A DNA stretch of 40,407 bases from Promethearchaeota archaeon (lineage in GTDB: Archaea; Asgardarchaeota; Lokiarchaeia; Sigyniarchaeales; SOKP01). The notes below the pieces were generated by a model. It saw nothing but the letters and a program-made list of their open reading frames with translations. It did not search any database and was not told the origin of the DNA. Position numbers and translations under genes: made by a program. Positions within the stretch are counted from its first letter, which is position 1, and each line of letters opens with the position of its first letter. Location: contig JABCSY010000029.1 of NCBI GenBank assembly GCA_018238625.1, positions 1-40,407 of the forward strand. The letters are read 5' to 3'. Of the stretch, positions 9,848-17,673 are shown piece after piece.

Positions 9848-12130
9848 TCAAAAAACTTTTAACTCTTCTTCCTTAAATTTGTCATAATCGTTAAAAACAG
9901 CATCTATTTCGCTCAATATTTCTTTAATGGCCGTTTTTGTCTTTTTGTCTTGACCAAAAGTGTCTATAATCACTTTATATAGGTTAACATTATATTCCAG
10001 GGTTAGTTCTAAAATCTTTTTTAAATCTTTCTCATTTATTCCTTTTTCTTCTAATTTTTTGAAGACACCCTCAATATCTTCTTTCAATTTATTCGTTGCG
10101 ATTAAAATACTGGAACATTTCTTGAATAATTTTTGTTCTTTTTCGTAAACAAAAAGATCCTCTTCTGTCAATTGCGAATTATCGACAATTTCCTCCAATC
10201 TTTCATTTAAAAGGCTTTTAACTCTCTCGTAAATCTTAATTGCTAATAAAATTTTTTCCTTACTTCTAATTAAGTCGTTTTTTCTTAACAATCGAGCTTC
10301 AATGATTTTTAAATACGCGTCTTCGTAATAAATTTGAAGTTCCCCAAACGTACTTTTTTCTCCTTCGGCAATTTTTAAAATAATTTGTCTTAAATCCTCG
10401 TTAAGCATATCTATTTCTTTAGCAGACAGATCATCTAAATTAAGAATCTTAAATATTTGATTAGCCAAAGATTTAATCGACAACGCTTTAATATTCAATT
10501 CTCGAGCCCTATTTTCAATGTTAGTAATACTCCTAACTTCTCCTACTTTTTCGCAATAATTAAAAATCTTAATAGCGTCACCAAGTAATTCATTAAATTT
10601 TTTTTGATTAGATAATATGTAATATTTTGAATCTTGTATTTTTTGGATAGCTCTATCCATTTGGATTTCCAATTCGAATATATAATCTAATAAACTTACT
10701 TGCTTCCTTTCGGAAAGAATTTTAGACTTACTCGCCATATCGACTTCTACAGATTTACTTGCGAAAAACCATAGTAGAGCTGAAGGTATCCAAAAAAAGA
10801 TAGCAAAAATCATCATATTAAATACACTTCCAAGAATTGATATTAAAGTAAATGATAATAATAACGTAATTCCCTTTCCAACTTGTTCCGAAAGGCTAAA
10901 AAATGAAGTAGAAGTACCTTTATGCTCGGGAAGATTTACATCTACCATAACGGCATTCTTGTTAGAAACCCATCCCGTACTTAAGATCGAACCTATAAAT
11001 CCAAAAATGAAGTAATAAATGTAGCTCGGATAAACTTTGAAGATTTCAATAATTGTTGAAATGATATAAGAAGTAATCTCTTCAGTAGGGATTGGAACGG
11101 GATAACTTAGATTAGTTGCAAATTCGCTACTAAGAGTTTGAATAGAAATAAGAGTTAAAAAGACAAATGGAATGCTCAGTATCATACAAGCTGTCGCTAA
11201 TCGCGTTCTATTTTTTTTGTTTTTTCTAAATAAAAAATCGCCAATATAAGACATTAACACGTTTCCCAATAAGTACCCTATACCAAGTAAGCCAGCAAAT
11301 ATCGTCGCCGTTTGAAGCCTAATTTCGTCAGGTAATACGGTGAAATAATGACTGGAAAGCATAGAAGTCATAAAATAAACTAAGATAGTTCCAGGAATGA
11401 TAGCGAAAAAGCCTTGTATTATTAAATATCGATTAGTTTTCTTTTTTAAGATACTTAACAAATCTTTTTTTGAGATTTTATAGCTATATTCCAAGTTCAT
11501 CTTAACCATGTCCAATAGCTCGTTCTCGCTAGCTCCGCGCTGAGGGATCTTGACAAAAAATAAAATAAATACAATTATAGTACTTATTCCAGATAACAAA
11601 AAAAAAGGAAACCTCCAACCGAGTATCGGTCCTACAAAAGAAGATAAACCTTGACCTACGCCATTGGAAATTGAGCTTAGTATTGCAAGCGTACCAAACC
11701 ATCCAGACCTCTCATCAGGTGGAATTGCATCCGAAATAATTGAATAACCAACTGGCAAGACACAACCAAGCCCCATTCCACTCGCCATTCTAGAGATCAC
11801 TAACATTGACAAATCTGTGGAAAAAGCAGTTAAAATCATCCCAAAAGTCCAAGAAAAAGCACCTGCCATTATTACTTTTATTCTATCAATGCGATCGGTA
11901 TAATACCCCCAAATTAAAGCAAACGAAGCGCTAGTTAACAAAAAAAGCGAATCTGGAATTGCTATAAGTGCTTCAGGGATATTAAACTCAATCCTAATTA
12001 CCCCATAGCTCGGAATCAGCATATTGGCACATGCTATCGAAACAAATAGTAAGAACATGACTAAAATAATAGGGGCTAAGTCCTTTATTTTAATCCTTGT
12101 AAGTTTTGGTCGTCCTATAGCAATTACCAC
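9848..12130 (-). CDS. MFS transporter with long C-terminal soluble helical extension
   Basis: Motif A (WGYYTDRIDRIKV), about 12 TMs in the first ~460 aa, then ~290 aa of charged helical sequence. Confidence 0.88.
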   Translation of the reverse strand: MVIAIGRPKLTRIKIKDLAPIILVMFLLFVSIACANMLIPSYGVIRIEFNIPEALIAIPDSLFLLTSASFALIWGYYTDRIDRIKVIMAGAFSWTFGMILTAFSTDLSMLVISRMASGMGLGCVLPVGYSIISDAIPPDERSGWFGTLAILSSISNGVGQGLSSFVGPILGWRFPFFLLSGISTIIVFILFFVKIPQRGASENELLDMVKMNLEYSYKISKKDLLSILKKKTNRYLIIQGFFAIIPGTILVYFMTSMLSSHYFTVLPDEIRLQTATIFAGLLGIGYLLGNVLMSYIGDFLFRKNKKNRTRLATACMILSIPFVFLTLISIQTLSSEFATNLSYPVPIPTEEITSYIISTIIEIFKVYPSYIYYFIFGFIGSILSTGWVSNKNAVMVDVNLPEHKGTSTSFFSLSEQVGKGITLLLSFTLISILGSVFNMMIFAIFFWIPSALLWFFASKSVEVDMASKSKILSERKQVSLLDYIFELEIQMDRAIQKIQDSKYYILSNQKKFNELLGDAIKIFNYCEKVGEVRSITNIENRARELNIKALSIKSLANQIFKILNLDDLSAKEIDMLNEDLRQIILKIAEGEKSTFGELQIYYEDAYLKIIEARLLRKNDLIRSKEKILLAIKIYERVKSLLNERLEEIVDNSQLTEEDLFVYEKEQKLFKKCSSILIATNKLKEDIEGVFKKLEEKGINEKDLKKILELTLEYNVNLYKVIIDTFGQDKKTKTAIKEILSEIDAVFNDYDKFKEEELKVF

Positions 12131-12241
12131 TTAAATGTAATTAATTCTCTTAAATATTAAATAGCATTTGGAAATTAAAAAAGCTTGTAAACAATGTAAA
12201 ATATCCAAACTGACTATTTAAAGTTAAGAATTACTAATAAT

Positions 12242-12934
12242 CTAACTCTGGATTAAGTAATACTTTAACGCCGCTTCCACATGGACCTCTACTGTATCGA
12301 GTAATTTTATGTTAGCATCTTTTTGTCGGAGAATTAACGGTAGCTCAGTACATCCAAGTATAACGCCATCTACTTCGTAATTACTTATTATACTTAAGAG
12401 TTTTTGCTTACTTTCTTCTGTAAAATTACCGATCACTAACTCATCAAAAATAATTTGGTTTATAGTATCTTGTTCCGGTTCTGAAGGCGTAATAATCCGC
12501 ATATTTAATTTAGCAAAAAAATCTTGGTAAAACGAAGATTGCATCGTAAATTTTATCCCCAACAATAACAGTTTGCTTAAATTCTCCTGTTGAGCTTTCT
12601 CGGCTGTAGCTTTCACAATACTAAGTATTGGAACTTTTGCCAATTGAATTAAATCTTCATAAACCGCGTGAGGAGAATTTGCTGCTATTAAGATAAAATT
12701 AACTCCTGCCTTTTCTAAAGATTCGATTCCTTCCATTAAGTAATCGACATATTCAACCTTATTATTACCATGTTCAAGATCAATTACTCTTTGAAAATTT
12801 AAGCTGAAAATTACTACTTCAGGGTAAGCGTAGTCTTGTTTTTTTTGATAGTACTTTTCTAAAATTTGGGCGTAATACTTAATCGTAGATTCGTAACTCA
12901 TCCCCCCCAATATACCTATCTTTATCGCACCCAT
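12242..12934 (-). CDS. Aspartate/glutamate racemase family protein (YgeA/RacX-like)
   Basis: IGILGGMSYEST, AANSPH, LLGIKFTM and ILGCTELP motifs. Confidence 0.9.
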   Translation of the reverse strand: MGAIKIGILGGMSYESTIKYYAQILEKYYQKKQDYAYPEVVIFSLNFQRVIDLEHGNNKVEYVDYLMEGIESLEKAGVNFILIAANSPHAVYEDLIQLAKVPILSIVKATAEKAQQENLSKLLLLGIKFTMQSSFYQDFFAKLNMRIITPSEPEQDTINQIIFDELVIGNFTEESKQKLLSIISNYEVDGVILGCTELPLILRQKDANIKLLDTVEVHVEAALKYYLIQS

Positions 12935-13114
12935 CCTAATTAAGCCTCTTTTCCCATTCGTTTCTGAGAATTCTAATTTTTTATAAAATAGATTTATTTT
13001 TATGTATTTTTTTCTAATGAATTCTTAAGACTAATAATAATTCACACTTATTCATATTTTTCTTGTTTTTTACCCAGAATGTATGTTTAATTCCCATTAA
13101 AAAGTTTAAATAAA

Positions 13115-13249
13115 TCATCGTGTAGTTCCGTTTTGGTTCATTGTTTCTTTAACAACATAAACTCCTTTATCATCGCTTTCTATGTAATATACTTCAACTA
13201 TATCATTCCCTATTGATTTCCATTTTATCCAATCTTTTTCCTTCGCCAT
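13115..13249 (-). CDS. Small hypothetical protein, 44 aa (MAKEKDWIKWKSIGNDIVEVYYIESDDKGVYVVKETMNQNGTTR), not in ORF track
   Basis: The ATG abuts the TAG of 13250..13606, with an SD-like GAGGA upstream. Confidence 0.55.
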   Translation of the reverse strand: MAKEKDWIKWKSIGNDIVEVYYIESDDKGVYVVKETMNQNGTTR

Positions 13250-13606
13250 CTAAGTATCCTCTTTTATATGATATTTCATTTCCTTTTTTGAGCTATTGCT
13301 TATTCCCTTCATATTATCAATAAACCCGTTTATTTTTCTCATCATTTCGTTAATTTGAAGAGAGTTTTCTTTTTTAGGTTTTTTAATTAATTTATGCCTA
13401 CCTGAATCAAGAATCATTATATGATTGCAAGATGGACATATATAGGGAATTCTTTTTGATTGTAATATAAAGCATCGTAGGTTAATGTATCCTACAGTAA
13501 AGTGCGTTAACATTTTACAGTAAGGGCATTCGTATTCACTAAAACCAATCAGGAAATTTCCATATCTTAGTGGGCCGGGGGCATAACCATTTTTAAAACA
13601 TAACAT
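13250..13606 (-). CDS. Zinc-finger protein (CPYC...CPSC)
   Basis: Two CxxC motifs; GAGG upstream of the ATG. Confidence 0.65.
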   Translation of the reverse strand: MLCFKNGYAPGPLRYGNFLIGFSEYECPYCKMLTHFTVGYINLRCFILQSKRIPYICPSCNHIMILDSGRHKLIKKPKKENSLQINEMMRKINGFIDNMKGISNSSKKEMKYHIKEDT

Positions 13607-13801
13607 GTGTTTTTTCCTCTTTTTCTATTAAAACCTTTTTTTAATTTGTGGTTCTCCTCTTTTATTATATTCAATTTGGAAATTACAATCATTATATATA
13701 TAATCTTCAATCATTTCTTCATCTAATTCGTCTCTCTTAAGACTACACTTAACTTTTTGCGGTGTAAAAACTCCGTTTTCGTCAAATTTTAACTGATTCG
13801 T

Positions 13802-14242
13802 TCAGAACCGCCCCTTTTCCATATTTTTCTTTTTTAAATAAACATAATCGTCAAAAAAATCAAAAGCTTTGTCGAATTGCTCTTCCGATTCAAACCGCCT
13901 CGTTAAAATAAACATTATCTTACAATAGTGGCAGAACCTTAAAAGCGACGTTCTTAAGTTATCTTTTTTGTGATAACAATCGGCATAATAAAGGCTTTGA
14001 TTACAAAAAGAGCAAACTCTTTCCACAAACACTTTGTTTGTGTTACTATTCAGAACATCGACAAAAATGATTCTATAGGAAAAAACTAAGGCAAGCTTTT
14101 CTTTGAATTTGCTATTCAATTTAATTACTTTTGTCGGGTAGATTACTTCTGGTCGGTTAATTGCTTTAACCTTCTTATTTTTCGGCTCTTTATCGTTTTT
14201 AGCGTACATTTTCATATTATCAAGAAAAATGTCATTTATCAA
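13802..14242 (-). CDS. Zinc-finger hypothetical protein (CSFC...CHYC), possibly extending past its TGA to 13628
   Basis: Two CxxC motifs; the frame stays open for 57 codons after the TGA. Confidence 0.6.
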   Translation of the reverse strand: MINDIFLDNMKMYAKNDKEPKNKKVKAINRPEVIYPTKVIKLNSKFKEKLALVFSYRIIFVDVLNSNTNKVFVERVCSFCNQSLYYADCYHKKDNLRTSLLRFCHYCKIMFILTRRFESEEQFDKAFDFFDDYVYLKKKNMEKGRF

Positions 14243-14371
14243 AATTTCCGATTAATATTATCGAAAGAATTAAATAAGTAGAAAAAGTAATAAACCATAA
14301 GGAATAGAAAACGTCTTCTAGATCAAGAGAGTTCTTTCCTTTTTCTTTTTTCTTCTTGATGTGTGCCTCAT
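14232..14371 (-). pseudogene. Frameshifted small membrane protein (basic N-terminus plus one TM helix)
   Basis: ATG at 14371 is coupled to the upstream stop. The -1 frame encodes GKNSLDLEDVFYSLWFITFSTYLILSIILIGNFDK and has no start codon of its own. Confidence 0.4.
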
Positions 14372-14487
14372 TTTAATTCCTTTTCTAATTCTTTAATCGT
14401 TTCGTTGTTTTTGTTAAGTTTTTCTTCCAAGATTTCGTAGCTTTTAATTAAACTGTCTTGAATCTCTTTTTTTTCTGTTTTATTCAT
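14368..14487 (-). CDS. Small coiled-coil protein, 39 aa (MNKTEKKEIQDSLIKSYEILEEKLNKNNETIKELEKELK), not in ORF track
   Basis: ATGA overlaps at both ends; heptad pattern. Confidence 0.55.
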   Translation of the reverse strand: MNKTEKKEIQDSLIKSYEILEEKLNKNNETIKELEKELK

Positions 14488-14681
14488 TCTACAACACCTT
14501 GTGCTTCTAATTTTTCTTTATCTAACCACATTCTTAAACCCTCTTCAAAAGATTCTCCTATATGCCCCCAAACACTAACATATTTATTAACTAAATGTAT
14601 ATTCAATTCTTTTAAGAGAGAACTTGGAATAAAGATATTAATCCTCTTTTTTTCGATTTTTTCAGTATTTTTTTTCTTCAT
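14484..14681 (-). CDS. Ribbon-helix-helix-like small DNA-binding protein
   Basis: KKRINIFIPSSLLKEL strand-helix followed by a second helix (IGESFEEGLRMWL). Confidence 0.6.
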   Translation of the reverse strand: MKKKNTEKIEKKRINIFIPSSLLKELNIHLVNKYVSVWGHIGESFEEGLRMWLDKEKLEAQGVVE

Positions 14682-14739
14682 AATTTTTTAATTGTTTGTT
14701 TTGTTCGTTTTTAATAACTTCTATGTCATTTTTAATAAA

Positions 14740-14779
14740 TTATGTAAAGTAGCGTTTACATAAAAAAATTATATCCAAT
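14740..14779. promoter_or_regulatory. Inverted repeat TTATGTAAA-N6-TTTACATAA overlapping a dif-like arm pair
   Basis: Perfect 9-bp arms at 14740-14748 and 14755-14763; TTATATCCAAT at 14769-14779. Confidence 0.4.
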
Positions 14780-14888
14780 AACATTAATCATAACATAGTA
14801 ATAAATACACCCTTCTTCCAAAAATGTAAAAAGATTACGTAAATAGTTCTAAATCCCAAAAAGGTTCATAAATTTTATCCAAAAAATA

Positions 14889-14935
14889 ACCATTTTTTTG
14901 GTATTTAAATTGGGTAAAATACCACAAATGTGGTA
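14889..14935. promoter_or_regulatory. Two ACCA-N6-TGGTA palindromic operator-like sites 32 bp apart
   Basis: Sites at 14889-14903 and 14921-14935 (the second extends to TACCAC-AAAT-GTGGTA) in a divergent intergenic region. Confidence 0.5.
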
Positions 14936-15071
14936 CAATTCTTGTGTTTATTTATGTTGAAATTTTAATTTTGCATTACAGTTAGATGCATGTGTTGATT
15001 AAGTTATATAACTCAATCAAAAATCAATCAATCTGAAAAATTCTCTTGAATTTTATTAAAATTAAAACAAA

Positions 15072-15794
15072 ATGATAAAAAAAATTAAAACATACACGAA
15101 AATTACTGATTTTGAATCTATTGCTCGCCGTTATTTTATAAATAACTTTTACGATGGAATGCTAACTATTTCAGGCATTTTATTAGGATTTTTTATACTA
15201 ATACTTAAAGGAGGACAACAAACAGTAGATAGTCATATTGTAATATTAACTGGGCTTACAACATCAATCTCAATGTTCATGTCAGGGTTAAGTGGTTCAT
15301 ACATATCTGAAAAAGCAGAACAGAAGAAATTGAAATCAGAGTTAGATAAGGCTATGGTAATAATGAAGGAAGAGGGAGAAAAAAAAGAGGATGATAAATT
15401 ATTAGAAGAAAAAGAAATCGAGAAAGCAATGTTGACGGTTAATTTCAACGATAAAAATCAAAGAAAAAAACAAAATTTAAAAAAATCAAACAATAAAAGA
15501 AGGAAAGCAAAGACAATACAAGAAAAAGCAGAAAGATTTGCAAGCATAATCGTATCGCTAGTAAATGGATGTGCACCGCTTTTAGGTGGAATTGTTCCAT
15601 TAATTCCGTTTTTCTTTACTATAAAAGCAGGGTTTAATTTTTTCATCTTTTCTTTTTTAATTATTTTTATATGCATTGTTTTTCTAGGCATTTTTGTAGG
15701 TTTCGTTTCTCGAGAATCATTATGGAAAAATGTTCTTCAAATGCTAGCCGCTTTTGGTCTAACTATAATAGTTTCAATTCTTCTATTAGGTTAA
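15072..15794 (+). CDS. VIT1/CCC1 family metal transporter (archaeal short type)
   Basis: ARRYFINNFYDGMLT, SGLSGSYISEKAE and GGIVPLIPFF motifs; 5 TMs with a charged Lys/Glu-rich loop. Confidence 0.85.
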   Translation: MIKKIKTYTKITDFESIARRYFINNFYDGMLTISGILLGFFILILKGGQQTVDSHIVILTGLTTSISMFMSGLSGSYISEKAEQKKLKSELDKAMVIMKEEGEKKEDDKLLEEKEIEKAMLTVNFNDKNQRKKQNLKKSNNKRRKAKTIQEKAERFASIIVSLVNGCAPLLGGIVPLIPFFFTIKAGFNFFIFSFLIIFICIVFLGIFVGFVSRESLWKNVLQMLAAFGLTIIVSILLLG

Positions 15795-15816
15795 AAAATT
15801 ATAAAAGGTTATAAAA

Positions 15817-15972
15817 TTGACAAAATCGTCGAGAAGAATGGACAAGATTGCTGGTCACCCCAAATGGACTTCAACCAATAGAAAATGCGAGGAATGTGGT
15901 AGTAGTATGGTTAAAATAAAAAAGAATCTTTATATTTGTGAGGTTTGCGGATTAGAAAAACAATTAAAATAA
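15817..15972 (+). CDS. Small zinc-ribbon protein (..RKCEECGSSMVKIKKNLYICEVCGLEKQLK), not in ORF track
   Basis: Starts at TTG 15817 or ATG 15838; CxxCG-x12-CxxCG pattern; TAA at 15970-15972. Confidence 0.75.
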   Translation: MTKSSRRMDKIAGHPKWTSTNRKCEECGSSMVKIKKNLYICEVCGLEKQLK

Positions 15973-15979
15973 AAAAAAA

Positions 15980-16903
15980 TTAGATTTGAATTTCTTTATA
16001 TGGATACCATTTATCAAATAGCTCTAAATATTGTGTATAGTTAAGCTTAACGTAAGAATTTAAGTTTACGTCCTTAACCTTATGGTTTAATAATATTCTC
16101 CGATCTTCTGAAGGACAACCCATTACTTTTCTGAACGTATTTAACGATCTCCTGAACGTGTGACACGTGATATTTTTCTTAATCTTTAAATCTTTTAATA
16201 CCTGCTTTAAATATCGATTAAACTGTCTTTCTGCGTATCGTTTTGAATAGCTTGATAAAAATAAAGCTTCTGTTTCGACATTCTTTAATTCTCTTTCGTT
16301 CAGATAGATTTTAAGATAATCCATAAGGTCTTTAGATATGTAATAAGCCTTTTTTTTTCCGCCCTTTTCTATGGTTGTAATGTATCTTTTTCTCTTATTT
16401 ACACCATTACAATCAATATTAATCAATCCTTCTTTTCGCATCCCCGTTTCAGTAAGAATCCTGAATATAAGATAGTATTTGAAGTTTCTAAGTTTCAAGT
16501 AATCTAGAATTGACTCGATCTCTTCCATGCTCATAACCACGTTTTTGTTTGTTTTGGGTTCTTTATGAACGATCCCGTTCCAATTAATTGAATGTTTTGG
16601 TATACTAACAACAAAATTATATTTCCGATAATATTCCATAGTAAAGTTAAGAAAACTTCTCAAGAGCGTCCATTTGGTCTTTTTACTACTTAGGCTTAAT
16701 TCTTTGTCTTGTTTTAAGTGATCGAAATAGTCAATTAATATATCTGTCGTAATTTCAAAAACGTGTCCTGGATAATTGAAATATTTTGGTTTTGGGCCAA
16801 AAAAAGCGTTTAACGTCGATTTTCTAGTTTTAACCGATTGTTTTGAATGTTGGTAATGATTTAAATACTTTTCAATTATTACTTTATTTTCAGGCACGTT
16901 CAT
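15980..16903 (-). CDS. Tyrosine recombinase/integrase (Xer-like)
   Basis: Catalytic set intact: ETGMR (R), EKGGK (K), HTFRR (HxxR), LLNH (H), NSYV (Y); N-terminal core-binding domain. Confidence 0.93.
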   Translation of the reverse strand: MNVPENKVIIEKYLNHYQHSKQSVKTRKSTLNAFFGPKPKYFNYPGHVFEITTDILIDYFDHLKQDKELSLSSKKTKWTLLRSFLNFTMEYYRKYNFVVSIPKHSINWNGIVHKEPKTNKNVVMSMEEIESILDYLKLRNFKYYLIFRILTETGMRKEGLINIDCNGVNKRKRYITTIEKGGKKKAYYISKDLMDYLKIYLNERELKNVETEALFLSSYSKRYAERQFNRYLKQVLKDLKIKKNITCHTFRRSLNTFRKVMGCPSEDRRILLNHKVKDVNLNSYVKLNYTQYLELFDKWYPYKEIQI

Positions 16904-17406
16904 TTGAGTTTAAACCTCCCTTTACTCGTCATTTCAATTGTTTTTTCGCTCTGTAATTCAGATATGGTCGAAAAGACCACTTCTTTATCAAAATTAGTTT
17001 TTTCTACGATTTCTTTTGGACTTAACGAAGGATACGCTTTAAACAAGTTAAGAATAGTGCTTTTAACTTCTGGATCAGGTATCATTGAAAACTTCTTAAT
17101 TAACGTTAACGTTTTGTTCATTTCTCCTAAGATGTTTTGGTTTTCTATTTGTATTTTTTGTAATTCTAATATTTTCTTAGTTCTTTTTGATAACTTTTCT
17201 AATGCGGACGAATTTAACGAAGGTTTTGCAAACATTTCAGGATTCTTTAATTTTCTAAGGTATTCAAAAGTAGCTGTTCTCATAAGGTTAGAAGCGTTTG
17301 TATGTTCTTTCTTGGCTATTTCTTGGATTAGTTCTTTTTCTTTTTCTGATAACGATACTTGGATAAATATTCTTTTCTTTTCTTCCTTTTCTTGTTTTTC
17401 ATTCAT
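16900..17406 (-). CDS. RHH-coiled-coil-winged-helix DNA-binding protein, translationally coupled to the integrase
   Basis: N-terminal RIFIQVSLSEKEKELIQEIAKKEHTNASNLMRTATFEYL (RHH); C-terminal LSPKEIVEKTNFDKEVVFSTISELQSEKTIEMTSKGRFKL (wHTH); ATGA overlap with the integrase. Confidence 0.8.
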   Translation of the reverse strand: MNEKQEKEEKKRIFIQVSLSEKEKELIQEIAKKEHTNASNLMRTATFEYLRKLKNPEMFAKPSLNSSALEKLSKRTKKILELQKIQIENQNILGEMNKTLTLIKKFSMIPDPEVKSTILNLFKAYPSLSPKEIVEKTNFDKEVVFSTISELQSEKTIEMTSKGRFKLK

Positions 17407-17673
17407 TTTTTTTAATCTCCTTTTTTGTAAATTTTCCTAAGATCCTAGATTAAATTCAAACATATAAATGTTATGACAAAAAAGAGAATAATCCCGATTT
17501 CACGACCTTTCATATGTCTTAGCCTATTATCACATTAATATCTGTATATTACATTTTATCAATTCTGAATAGTTAGAAAACTTGCATCAGCTAATCAATT
17601 AAAGAAAAAATATAAAATCAATTCTATATGATTCTTTTTATACATTTGATCAACATAAAAGGATAATACAACT

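Larger units (their letters stand above)
13014..17470. mobile_element. Putative integrated or decayed element (small-ORF chain plus RHH-wHTH and tyrosine integrase); boundaries approximate
   Basis: Chain of short ATGA-coupled ORFs with Zn-finger and RHH features, next to an integrase gene. No att repeats identified. Confidence 0.55.

Noticed and set aside
16904-17440. 178-aa plus-strand ORF
   Set aside because: Antisense shadow of the RHH-wHTH gene; its Phe/Ser/Leu-rich composition mirrors Lys/Glu codons on the other strand.
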